From Erysipelothrix inopinata (GTDB taxonomy: Bacteria; Bacillota_I; Bacilli_A; Erysipelotrichales; Erysipelotrichaceae): DNA of 32,000 nucleotides. The translations under genes were made by a program, and so were the position numbers. The stretch lies in NCBI RefSeq assembly GCF_014396165.1, contig NZ_CP060715.1:960001-992000 (forward strand). The letters are read 5' to 3'. Every line of letters begins with the position of its first letter. Position 1 is the stretch's first letter. Shown one piece after another: positions 19,037 to 27,937 of the stretch. The notes under the pieces were generated by a model. That model ran no database searches, was not told the origin of the DNA, and saw only the letters and a program-made list of their open reading frames with translations.

Positions 19037-19080
19037 TTTTTTTATGCAACAAATGAGGATGATTATACAATTATTCGTTA

Positions 19081-19089
19081 TGTTATAAT
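19081..19089 (+). promoter_or_regulatory. Extended -10 element upstream of the 657-aa membrane protein gene
   Basis: TGtTATAAT lies 21 nt upstream of the ATG, with a GGTGAGGG RBS. Confidence 0.45.
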
Positions 19090-19109
19090 GGAGTGGTGAG
19101 GGTTTATCT

Positions 19110-21083
19110 ATGAAAAATTTTAAAATTATTCATCCAATTAATAAAAATGAATATAAGAGTATTATCAAGAAAAATTGGTTTCTACCATTAATAGTACTGG
19201 CAATCACAATCTACTTTGGACCTGTTAAATCCATTCCTGCAGGTTATAATCCGAAAATGTTCTATAATCCTATTATTGACTTTATCGAAGTCAGCGGATT
19301 TATAATCGCTCTTGGAACGATTTATGTTGTTAAAAGCTTTTTGAAAAGTTCAGAAGAAGCTAATGATATGACAATTGGCAAAACAGCATTTGTGACTCAT
19401 GCTGCAGCATGTTTTATGTTACTTGTATTGCCGGCTGTTATCTCATATACAATAGTCCTGTTTACTAACACTATGATGTTTGGTTTGGGGTCTGTTCCAG
19501 GTGCATTATCTCGATTATTAGTAGTTTCAATCATACTCTACTCAGTTATTCTTATTACAAACTGGGTTGTTGTAAATACGGGAAGTGTTTTCGAGTCAAT
19601 TTTTTATACATTACTTATTTTGGTTACACCTTTTTTAATTTATGATGCAATATCGCTTTTATTTCTCGCAATGGTTCCAGGATTTTCTGTATTTAGACAA
19701 AGTGAAGTTCTGGGTTTAATTTCTCCTATTGCGGCAGGAGCATATGTTAACGAATCAGGTGTTCATCGCTATGGCGTAGAGTTTTTTGCCTCCTATTGGT
19801 TTATTATAAATATACTATTTACGAATTATTTAGGTAAAAAATTTGAGAAGCGAACAACTTTTTACGAACGAAACAAATATACGAATAATCGTTTTAAACA
19901 AGTAGTGAGCATCTCGATTACAGCTATGGTACTTGTTTATCTAACAATGTTTAAAATGGGTGTTCAAGAACAGTTCCAGAACTTTTTAGATTGGAAGGTG
20001 TTACTTTTACCACTTCTCATAGGTCTCGTACTATACTTCATTTTGTTTATGATTCAGAATCGAAAAATTGGAAAATTTCAGGATTTCTTCGTAACTTATA
20101 CAGTTATCAGTGTTATTACCTTAGTAGTATGCTCGCTCGTATTCTTTACAAAAGGGATGGGCTTCAGTGATGATTTACCTAAAACTAGTAATGTATCGCA
20201 TGTATCGATAGTTGCAGCACTGGGTCAAGAATACGATCCTTTTACAGTGTTTGAGATATATCCCTATATTCGTATTACAAATCCCCAAACGATTGATGAA
20301 ATCATTAAATTCCACCGTGATGTGATTCAAGACATAGAAATTAATGGTCAAAATGACAATCTAAAATCTGGAAGTATGTTGGATATTACGTATTATATGA
20401 AAGAGGGAGAAAAAGTTAATCGTAATTATTTCATACCGGAAGACATTTACACACGCTTGCGATTCATCCTTGGTGATCTGGATGTGGCAATGCAATCTCA
20501 ACCAATATTTTTAAATGACATGGTATCGATTTTTGCTTATAATGATGTATTTACGGAGTCACAGGATTTAATGAACTATAAAGATCAATTCATCGAAGCG
20601 TATCGTAAAGATTTGACAGAAATGGCGCCTCAGGATAGATATGATAATGGAACGCAAATAAAATATAACATTATCTATACTATGGATTTTGTTCGGTATA
20701 TTGATGAGTATGGAAATTATCAAGTGAACAAACTTGAACATCCTACACCGCAACAGATTGTGATTGATGATCGTTATGTTAATACTGTAAAGCTTATCAA
20801 CAGTTTAAACCTCGATACTGTAAAAACGGAACCTGAATATATTTTAATTGATAAGAATATCGAAGAAAATTCACGTCTGAAAGATGGTCGCGTGAAATTG
20901 GTTCATACTCTCAATTTGAGAAATGAGTTACTCATGAACGGAAATTATAGTTTCGGTGAAATAGAATTGTATTCGGGTCATTTGAAGAACACAGCCTACG
21001 ATAACTCAGAGTATTCAAAACTTGTTATTCGGCTAAAAAATCAAGGAACGACCATTCGAACAGTTCTGCCCATAATAGATTAA
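19110..21083 (+). CDS. Polytopic membrane protein (about 10 TM segments in the first 350 aa) with a roughly 300-aa C-terminal soluble domain; function unknown
   Basis: Hydrophobic segments run through about residue 347, followed by a hydrophilic D/E/N/Y-rich domain. I recognise no catalytic motif. It has its own promoter-like element and terminator. Confidence 0.7.
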   Translation: MKNFKIIHPINKNEYKSIIKKNWFLPLIVLAITIYFGPVKSIPAGYNPKMFYNPIIDFIEVSGFIIALGTIYVVKSFLKSSEEANDMTIGKTAFVTHAAACFMLLVLPAVISYTIVLFTNTMMFGLGSVPGALSRLLVVSIILYSVILITNWVVVNTGSVFESIFYTLLILVTPFLIYDAISLLFLAMVPGFSVFRQSEVLGLISPIAAGAYVNESGVHRYGVEFFASYWFIINILFTNYLGKKFEKRTTFYERNKYTNNRFKQVVSISITAMVLVYLTMFKMGVQEQFQNFLDWKVLLLPLLIGLVLYFILFMIQNRKIGKFQDFFVTYTVISVITLVVCSLVFFTKGMGFSDDLPKTSNVSHVSIVAALGQEYDPFTVFEIYPYIRITNPQTIDEIIKFHRDVIQDIEINGQNDNLKSGSMLDITYYMKEGEKVNRNYFIPEDIYTRLRFILGDLDVAMQSQPIFLNDMVSIFAYNDVFTESQDLMNYKDQFIEAYRKDLTEMAPQDRYDNGTQIKYNIIYTMDFVRYIDEYGNYQVNKLEHPTPQQIVIDDRYVNTVKLINSLNLDTVKTEPEYILIDKNIEENSRLKDGRVKLVHTLNLRNELLMNGNYSFGEIELYSGHLKNTAYDNSEYSKLVIRLKNQGTTIRTVLPIID

Positions 21084-21085
21084 AA

Positions 21086-21110
21086 AAGAGCGCAGTTTAT
21101 GCGCTCTTTT
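21086..21110 (+). terminator. Rho-independent terminator of the membrane protein gene
   Basis: AAGAGCGC-AGTTTAT-GCGCTCTT followed by TT. The target duplication of IS copy 2 starts at the next base. Confidence 0.75.
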
Positions 21111-21118
21111 GCTGCTCT

Positions 21119-22641
21119 GTTAGTGTCAAATAAGTGGGGGAAAATAATGGTTTCTTTAATTTCTGCTGATATGTGCCTTAAGCCATCTTGAACTCGAGGA
21201 TTTATCGTAAGCATTTCGTTGTTCGAACATCGAGAAGTCATATTTGGCTTCTTTTTGTTTTATACTTTTAGGATCTATTGAATCTAAATATAAGTTTCTA
21301 ATATCGATATGGTTAAGGAATAAGTTTCTTAGATTAAGATAAGCATTTAAATTTTCTTTGCAGTATCCCTTAGGTCTATTTGAGTATATAGAAGCGAGAT
21401 TATGACTGATAGCTGACTCCATACTACAACCTATTTTCAAGCCGTTGTAGCTGTACTGTATCGCAAGAGTATTGCGTAGTATATAATTACATTTTTCTTC
21501 TATTGTTTTTTGACGATTTGATTGTTCTGTACCATCTATCAAGGTTTGAATGATTTGATTAAAGGTTTCAGTATTTCCGTTAATTATATTGGAGGCGAGG
21601 ATTTCTTTTGTAGGTTTATCTGTGGTGATATGATTAAGTGCTTGTTTAAAGTGAAACTTATCAAGGGCAAAGCTACTATGAGAAAATTCACGAGTTCCTG
21701 ACTTAATCCATAAAGCACCATCTCCGAGTATGGTAATATTCTTGATTTTATCCATATCATACGTGATTGATAAGAGGTCATATACACTATTCCAGAAATT
21801 ACTTTCAGTTCCTGAATAAACCATTTTATTAATCAATTGACGGCGCTTCTGAGGTCCTTTTATACCTTCAAAAATTACAGCTGACTTGACCATGACAGAC
21901 TGAGATTCATTACGTTGCATATGAACATACTTTTCATCGGCCATGATGTATAAGTGACTTGGTGTAGGCTTAGGCTCACAAAGTTCAGACAGTGACGGCA
22001 AGGGACGTTTAACGGTATTATAAACTGTTTGTCTTGATATACGATAATGTTCACGATGCTGAGACGTTGAGAAAGAAGAAAAGATTCTGTCACCAATCTG
22101 CTCTCCGACTTTAATCATTGAATTTTGATTCGCAAAAGTCTCCACAATCATGCACTTTACGCATGGGTCATAGCGATCATATTTAGGTAAACCTAGTTTG
22201 CGATCGACATAGATAAAGGTTTTTCCTGTAGTCTTATCTTTGTAGATAGTTCGTTTAAACTTCACGACTCCAAATACAGTAATAAGGGTGCGTTCACGTG
22301 TTTGGTGAACATAGTAATCTCTTTTACGAAGTGCGGAATTCTTAAATTTTAAATCAAGAAGTTCAAAGTTTTGAACAAGATAGTCACAAGCAGCAATGCG
22401 AAGCCATTCTGAAGTATGTTCAATAAACTGAGAGTAATTACGGATCGTAAATTCTTGATTGGTAGGTTCTAAAAGGTAATTCGTTGATTCCTGGATAGAC
22501 ACAAATAAATTTTTTAAGGTGTTGGATAATTCAAATTGTGGTAAAATAGTCATGGCGATAGCTCACTTTCTAATAGTTTGTAGTAAAACCATTATAAGCG
22601 AGTTATCGCTTTTTGTATTCCCCCACCTATTTTACACAATC
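21119..22641 (-). mobile_element. Insertion sequence copy 2, same element as 11721-13243, inverted
   Basis: Same 1523-bp length, identical transposase, and identical end segments where I compared them. The flanking direct repeat GCTGCTCT lies at 21111-21118 and 22642-22649. Confidence 0.9.
21156..22553 (-). CDS. Transposase (ISLre2/UPF0236-like), identical to 11809-13206
   Basis: The 465-aa translation in the ORF track is identical. Confidence 0.7.
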   Translation of the reverse strand: MTILPQFELSNTLKNLFVSIQESTNYLLEPTNQEFTIRNYSQFIEHTSEWLRIAACDYLVQNFELLDLKFKNSALRKRDYYVHQTRERTLITVFGVVKFKRTIYKDKTTGKTFIYVDRKLGLPKYDRYDPCVKCMIVETFANQNSMIKVGEQIGDRIFSSFSTSQHREHYRISRQTVYNTVKRPLPSLSELCEPKPTPSHLYIMADEKYVHMQRNESQSVMVKSAVIFEGIKGPQKRRQLINKMVYSGTESNFWNSVYDLLSITYDMDKIKNITILGDGALWIKSGTREFSHSSFALDKFHFKQALNHITTDKPTKEILASNIINGNTETFNQIIQTLIDGTEQSNRQKTIEEKCNYILRNTLAIQYSYNGLKIGCSMESAISHNLASIYSNRPKGYCKENLNAYLNLRNLFLNHIDIRNLYLDSIDPKSIKQKEAKYDFSMFEQRNAYDKSSSSRWLKAHISRN

Positions 22642-22656
22642 GCTGCTCTAAGGTGT

Positions 22657-22685
22657 TTGACTTAAAACGCTTTAAATGGTAAGAT
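22657..22685 (+). promoter_or_regulatory. Promoter of the riboswitch-controlled purine salvage operon
   Basis: TTGACT (22657-22662), 17-nt spacer, TAAGAT (22680-22685). The aptamer starts about 15 nt downstream. Confidence 0.6.
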
Positions 22686-22698
22686 TTGACCATAAAAA

Positions 22699-22767
22699 CT
22701 CCATATATTTCTGGTAATACGGTCCGGAAGTTTCTACTTACATCCCGTAAAGATGTGAACTATGGCA
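22699..22767 (+). promoter_or_regulatory. Purine riboswitch aptamer, guanine/hypoxanthine class
   Basis: CCATATATTTCTGGTAATACGGTCCGGAAGTTTCTACTTACATCCCGTAAAGATGTGAACTATGG parallels the B. subtilis xpt G-box. Shared elements are the J2/3 AGTTTCTAC, the L3 CCGTAAA and the J3/1 ACT. The specificity position is C (22760). Confidence 0.85.
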
Positions 22768-22804
22768 AAAGGGACTTTGCGTTAGCAAATATTTTTTATT
22801 TTCT

Positions 22805-22830
22805 CTTTCTGCCAAACATGGCAGTTTTTT
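22805..22830 (+). terminator. Riboswitch expression-platform terminator
   Basis: CTGCCA-AACA-TGGCAG followed by T6. CTTTCTGCCA (22805-22814) can alternatively pair with the aptamer 3' strand TGGCAAAAG (22763-22771) as an antiterminator. Confidence 0.65.
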
Positions 22831-22856
22831 AATATATTGATTGAAGAGGAGAGAAA

Positions 22857-24232
22857 ATGAAGGAATCAATAAATCGATTTTTTGGTATTGAAGCGTCAGG
22901 ATCTACGATTAAAAAAGAGCTTGCGGGGGATTAACCGCGTATCTATCAATGGCTTATGTCATATTTGTGAATCCGATTATATTGGGACAAGCGGGTATGC
23001 CTAAAGATGCTGTCTTTATGGCAACAATTATTTCATCTGCGATTGCAATGTTTATTATGGGATTTTATGCGAAAATTCCACTTGGGTTAGCACCATGTAT
23101 GTCGATGAATGCTTTCTTTGCATTTAGTGTTGTATTGGGAATGGGAATCCCATGGCAAACTGCATTAGCATCAGTGCTTGCATCATCAGTGCTATTTGTA
23201 TTGTTAGCTATCAGTGGTGTTAGAGCCAAAGTAATCAAAGCAATTCCAATGACAATTAAGCAAGCAGGTAATGTTGGGTTGGGTCTATTTATTGCATTCG
23301 TAAGTTTTAAAAACTCAGGAATTATTGTACCGAATGAAAGTATGTTTATTACTTTTGGAGGCTTTGGTAATCCTAATGTAATTATTGCGTTTGTAGGAAT
23401 CTTAACAGCATCGTTTTTCTTGGTTCGTAAAAATCAGTATGCCGTTTTTTATGGGATGATTGGTGCTGCAGTTTGTGGACTTCTTATTCGCTTTGGTTAC
23501 AATATGGATGTCATTCATCTATCTGCCGAAGCGGCAGCAACGCTTCCTCAACTTCCTCAAGGAAGTCCGGTAGTATTCCCAACGGTTCCATGGAATGCAA
23601 TGATAAATGAAACACTCTTTGTTGCGGTTAAAGAATTACCAAATCTCTTGAACCCACAAGCAATGATTGTTGTTCTTACATTCTTGTTCTTAGACTTTTT
23701 TGGAACAGCAACTACGTTATCTGCAGCTGCATCGCAAATTCCACATCTAAGTGAGGAAGAGTTTGAAAGCAATAAAAAAATCTATGTTGCGGATGCACTA
23801 GGGTCTTTCTTTGGAGGTATTCTTGGGACATCCAGTTTATCAACATATATTGAATCGGTATCGGGAATCATCTATGGAGCGCGTACGGGGCTCATGGCGG
23901 TAACTACAGGAGTCTTATTCTTGTTGTCGATGTTCTTTTACCCATTATTGTCTTTGGTTACTGCAGCCGTAACAACACCAGCAATGGTTGTAATCGGAAT
24001 CTTCATGATGCAAAACATTACTAACATCGATTGGCATAGTGGATATGAGTACGTCATTCCATCCTTCTTAACGATTGTAATGATGCCACTGACGGGATCA
24101 ATTGCTCTGGGATTAACTTTAGGATTTGTTTCTTATTGGATTTGTATGCTCTTTGCGAAAAGAATTAAGGAACTTCCACCCGTAATGCACTTTATTACCT
24201 TGATTTCAATAGCATACATGATGACTTTGTAG
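22857..24232 (+). pseudogene. NCS2/AzgA-family guanine/hypoxanthine permease interrupted by a frameshift in a G5 run (a true pseudogene, an assembly indel or slippage)
   Basis: The ATG at 22857 has a GAGGAGAG RBS and encodes MKESINRFFGIEASGSTIKKELAGD*, stopping at 22932-22934. The other frame, open from 22913, continues GGLTAYLSMAYVIFVNP..., which is the canonical N-terminus of this family. One extra G in 22925-22929 would fuse the two into about 458 aa. Confidence 0.75.
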
Positions 24233-24265
24233 TATAATTTGATATAAAAATGAGAGAGGGATTGT

Positions 24266-24838
24266 ATGAAACTATTAGAAGATAAAATTAAGGAATGTGG
24301 CTTCGTTGCAACATCAGACATACTTGATGTAAGCCAATTCTTAAATGCGCAAGTCGATGTAGAATTAATGCAAGCAATCGGAAAAGACTTTGCAGACTAC
24401 TATAAAAATCATGACTTTGATGTATTTGTAACTGTGGAGAGTTCAGGAATTGCACCAAGTGTGTTCGCGAGCCTTTATGCCAACAAACCACTAATTGTGA
24501 TTAAGAAAGATCAGACTGAAAAAGATAACGAAGTATTTGCACAACAAGCTTGTTATTCATATACTAAGAAGAATGCTTACTACCTAACAACACGTACAAA
24601 ACTAATTGAAAATAAGAGAGCAATCTTAATTGATGACTTCTTAGCTCAAGGTAGTGTCGTGAAGAATGTGGAGCTGTTACTAGCATCTGTAAATGCAACA
24701 CATGTAGCAACAGGGATTTGTATCTCAAAAAACTATCAACCAGGATACCAAAAATTAATTGAAGAAGGTCATGATTTATACTGCCAAGCACAAATTAAAT
24801 CATTAGATCCTGAAACAAATACTGTAATATTCGAATAA
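24266..24838 (+). CDS. xpt: Xanthine phosphoribosyltransferase
   Basis: 190 aa. MKLLEDKIKECG...LDVSQFLNAQVD..LMQAIGKDFA...VTVESSGIAP and the PRPP motif ILIDDFLAQG parallel B. subtilis Xpt. Confidence 0.9.
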   Translation: MKLLEDKIKECGFVATSDILDVSQFLNAQVDVELMQAIGKDFADYYKNHDFDVFVTVESSGIAPSVFASLYANKPLIVIKKDQTEKDNEVFAQQACYSYTKKNAYYLTTRTKLIENKRAILIDDFLAQGSVVKNVELLLASVNATHVATGICISKNYQPGYQKLIEEGHDLYCQAQIKSLDPETNTVIFE

Positions 24839-24850
24839 ATAATACCTTAA

Positions 24851-24889
24851 AACACATTGAAATTTCAGAAAATTTCAATGTGTTTTTTG
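24851..24889 (+). terminator. Rho-independent terminator after xpt
   Basis: Perfect 15-bp stem AACACATTGAAATTT / AAATTTCAATGTGTT, 4-nt loop, then T-run. Confidence 0.85.
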
Positions 24890-24967
24890 TTTGAATAAGC
24901 GTTACTTGTATAAAAAAATTTGGACTATGCTATGATGCAATAGAAAAAGGTATAAAAAGGAGCCAAT

Positions 24968-25693
24968 ATGTCAACATTAAAAATTGAATTTTTCCATGAT
25001 GTAATTTGTAGTTTCTGCTATCCAATGTCGTTTAGAATGAGACGAATTGTTTCACAAATTCCTGAAATTGAAGTGATACATCGATCATTCGCACTTGCTC
25101 AATCACCTGACGATCTAGCTCGTATGTTTGGTTCGCATGAAGGCGCGAAAGATATTATTATGGGTCATTGGGAACAAGCAAATCAAAATGATACGGAACA
25201 TCGATTTAATATCGATGGAATGAAACAGGAATCTTTTCTATTTCCAACGTCCATGCAACCGTTACGTGCAGTGAAAGCAGCAGGTATGGTTGGTGGTGAA
25301 AAAGAGTACTGGGATGTGTTCGACGCGCTTCAAAAAGGCTTATTCACTGATAATTTAAATATTAATGATGAGGCAATCATCAATGATTTGGCTAAACCAT
25401 TTGTCACAGATTATGAAAGATGGCAAGAGATCTATCAGAGCCAAGAATCTTTAAATGCGGTAAGAGAAGATTTTAAAATTGGTCAAAATTACGGAATCAA
25501 TAGTGTACCAAGCCTTGTGATTGATGGAAAATACCTTATAAATGGTGCTGTTCCAGAAGACTACCTTCTCAAAACACTTCAAGATTATATTGAAGAAAAG
25601 AAAAATAAAGAAGGTAGATTAATTAATAAAAATCCTGAGAATGAAAGTGGCGAAAGTTGCAATTTTGTTGACGGAAAATGGGAATGTGATTAG
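24968..25693 (+). CDS. DsbA-family thiol:disulfide oxidoreductase, FrnE-like, apparently cytoplasmic
   Basis: The CSFC active site at residues 14-17 follows beta-1 (IEFFHDVICSFCYP). There is no signal peptide. The cis-Pro region is GINSVPSLVIDG, and the acidic tail ends CNFVDGKWECD. Confidence 0.75.
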   Translation: MSTLKIEFFHDVICSFCYPMSFRMRRIVSQIPEIEVIHRSFALAQSPDDLARMFGSHEGAKDIIMGHWEQANQNDTEHRFNIDGMKQESFLFPTSMQPLRAVKAAGMVGGEKEYWDVFDALQKGLFTDNLNINDEAIINDLAKPFVTDYERWQEIYQSQESLNAVREDFKIGQNYGINSVPSLVIDGKYLINGAVPEDYLLKTLQDYIEEKKNKEGRLINKNPENESGESCNFVDGKWECD

Positions 25694-25713
25694 TTTAAAC
25701 CCTAATATAAAAT

Positions 25714-25746
25714 AAAAGGTTAAATCATTATTTGATTTAGCCTTTT
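25714..25746. terminator. Bidirectional terminator between the DsbA-like gene and the convergent AraC gene
   Basis: AAAAGGTTAAATCA-TTATT-TGATTTAGCCTTTT (one G-U pair). Confidence 0.7.
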
Positions 25747-25762
25747 ATTATGGAATATTAAG

Positions 25763-26587
25763 TTAATTAGCGAACGAATTTCGATAGTCAGATGGGGAAA
25801 TATTTTGTACGCGTTTGAAGTATTGCGAGAAGTAGGAAGATGTTGAAAATCCTACAATACTTGCAATTTGAGAGATGGATAAGTCAGTGTTTTCGAGAAG
25901 CTTTTTTGACTCAATAATTCGCTTATTTAAGACGAAATCTATCGGTGCCATTCCAGAATGTTCCTTAAAGATATGAGATAAATAGTATTTATTCATAAAG
26001 GTTAAATCTGCGAGATGATCAAGTGTGATTGGCTCTCTAAAATGTACATTAAGATAGTTTTCGAGAAAGACGCAATCCTTGTTCAATTCTTCGCTTACAT
26101 CACCCACATCAAGGAGTGTTTCTGTTCTTCTGACAGCATTAATAACTAAGATATTTAGAAGGTTATCAATGACAAGATCAGAATACGCATTATGATGCTG
26201 AAGTTCAGCTAAAATAGCCTTTAAATAAAAGAGGATTTCGTGTTTGTATTGGCTGTAGTTATGGATAGAAAATCCCAAATCATTTTCAATTCCAGCAAAG
26301 AATTTAACACCATCAATTCCAAGTACAATATACTCAAGAGGATTCTCTTGATCACTAACTTCTGTATGAATGATATTTGGGTTGATGATGACCATATCAT
26401 CCTCCTTTACAGGAAAGGTAGAACTATCATTAAATTGAAAATATCCACGACCGCGAATAACATAAAACAATTCAGTAAACGGATGTGAGTGTAACGTTGA
26501 ATGCCAGTCAGCATCGTAAGACGAGCTTTCGATGTAAAGTAATTTTAATTTAGTTATTAACTTTTGCATGTTTGTTGTGGTTTCCAT
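25763..26587 (-). CDS. AraC family transcriptional regulator (N-terminal cupin sensor, C-terminal double HTH)
   Basis: The C-terminus LSQIASIVGFSTSSYFSQYFKRVQNISPSDYR is an AraC-type HTH. The N-terminus has the cupin-like HSHPFTELFYVIRGRG. GGAGGG RBS. Confidence 0.88.
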   Translation of the reverse strand: METTTNMQKLITKLKLLYIESSSYDADWHSTLHSHPFTELFYVIRGRGYFQFNDSSTFPVKEDDMVIINPNIIHTEVSDQENPLEYIVLGIDGVKFFAGIENDLGFSIHNYSQYKHEILFYLKAILAELQHHNAYSDLVIDNLLNILVINAVRRTETLLDVGDVSEELNKDCVFLENYLNVHFREPITLDHLADLTFMNKYYLSHIFKEHSGMAPIDFVLNKRIIESKKLLENTDLSISQIASIVGFSTSSYFSQYFKRVQNISPSDYRNSFAN

Positions 26588-26720
26588 AATATGCCCTCCG
26601 GTGCCATTATATTACGAAAATTAAAATATAACAAGAAGTCACATGTGGTGGACAAGATAATTGTTGTATACGCTATCAATTGTAGATAGAATAGGAGTGT
26701 AAATAAATGAGAGGTGAATT

Positions 26721-27809
26721 ATGTACAGTACAAAAATAGATGAAGTCATTCAAAATTTTGATTTTAAAGGAGATCTTCGTTCTTATGACAAATATGGAAG
26801 TGGTCATATTAATGATACCTATCTGGTGAGATTCACTGGTGGAAACTATATTCTCCAAAGAATTAATCATGAAATATTTAAAGTTCCAGAACAACTTCAA
26901 GAAAACATTGCATTGGTCACAGAATTTATAGGTGATAAAATTGAAGCACAAGGAGGCGACCGCTATCGTCAAACGTTAACCCTCGTCAAAACAATTTCCG
27001 GGGAGAACTTTTATCGAGATAGTTTGGGATTGTATTGGCGTGCATACATTTTTATTGATGACGCAGTTTCCTATAACTTAGTTAAGAATCCTGATGATTT
27101 TTATCAATCGGCACTAGCCTTTGGTAATTTCCAATATCAACTTTCAGATTTTCCTGTTGAGAAACTACATTATACGATTCCTAAATTCCATCATACGCCA
27201 ACACGTTTTGATAGTTTTATCAAAGCTGTTGAAGCTGATAAAAAAGATCGTGTTAAATTGGTTCAAGATGAAATTAATTTTATTTTAGAACGTAAAGCAT
27301 TTACAAACTTACTTTGGGATTATCACGAGGAAGGGAAATTACCACTTCGCGTAACCCATAATGATACGAAATTAAACAACGTTCTTATTGACGCACGTAC
27401 TGGTGAAGGGTTATGTGTGGTAGACTTAGATACAGTCATGCCAGGATTTACGCTGGATGATTTCGGAGATTCAATTCGTTTTGGAGCTACTACAGGAGCT
27501 GAAGACGAAAGAGATCTTTCGAAGGTCAACTTTGACTTAGAATTATACAGTGTGTATGTAAAAGGTTATTTGGAAGGGTGTCAGGGAACACTGACTGATC
27601 TAGAAATAGAGTTATTCCCAGAAGGTGCCAAAATGATGACACTTGAGTGTGGAATACGCTTCTTGATGGATTACCTTGAAGGGGATACATATTTCAAAAT
27701 TGCATACGATGATCACAACTTAGTAAGAGCACGTACACAATTTAAACTCGTTGCAGATATGGAAGAAAACTGGGATGCAATGAAGGATGTTGTGAACGAA
27801 TATCTCTAG
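26721..27809 (+). CDS. nahK: N-acetylhexosamine 1-kinase (NahK/LnpB type, APH fold)
   Basis: YGSGHINDTYLV, RVTHNDTKLNNVLID, DLDTVMPG, DFGDSIRFGA and HNLVRARTQFKLV match B. longum NahK as I remember it. Confidence 0.85.
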   Translation: MYSTKIDEVIQNFDFKGDLRSYDKYGSGHINDTYLVRFTGGNYILQRINHEIFKVPEQLQENIALVTEFIGDKIEAQGGDRYRQTLTLVKTISGENFYRDSLGLYWRAYIFIDDAVSYNLVKNPDDFYQSALAFGNFQYQLSDFPVEKLHYTIPKFHHTPTRFDSFIKAVEADKKDRVKLVQDEINFILERKAFTNLLWDYHEEGKLPLRVTHNDTKLNNVLIDARTGEGLCVVDLDTVMPGFTLDDFGDSIRFGATTGAEDERDLSKVNFDLELYSVYVKGYLEGCQGTLTDLEIELFPEGAKMMTLECGIRFLMDYLEGDTYFKIAYDDHNLVRARTQFKLVADMEENWDAMKDVVNEYL

Positions 27810-27937
27810 TCACAGCTTTCAAGTATCAAAATATAGAATTTTACGAATATAGCAAGATTACACACGTGCATGGCAATATATTTGTAGATAAACCGCTTAC
27901 ATAGAATTATCATAGAGTTATACAGGAGGAACAATCA

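Noticed and set aside
26676-26972. A 98-aa minus-strand ORF overlapping the nahK start
   Set aside because: It overlaps the strongly supported nahK and the divergent promoter region, and has an AT-rich, Ile/Phe/Asn-biased product and no RBS.
27884-27900. A catabolite-responsive element (cre) in front of the sugar-binding protein gene (ATAAACCGCTTACA)
   Set aside because: The right half fits the cre consensus but the left-half TG is missing, so it is only a half-site match.
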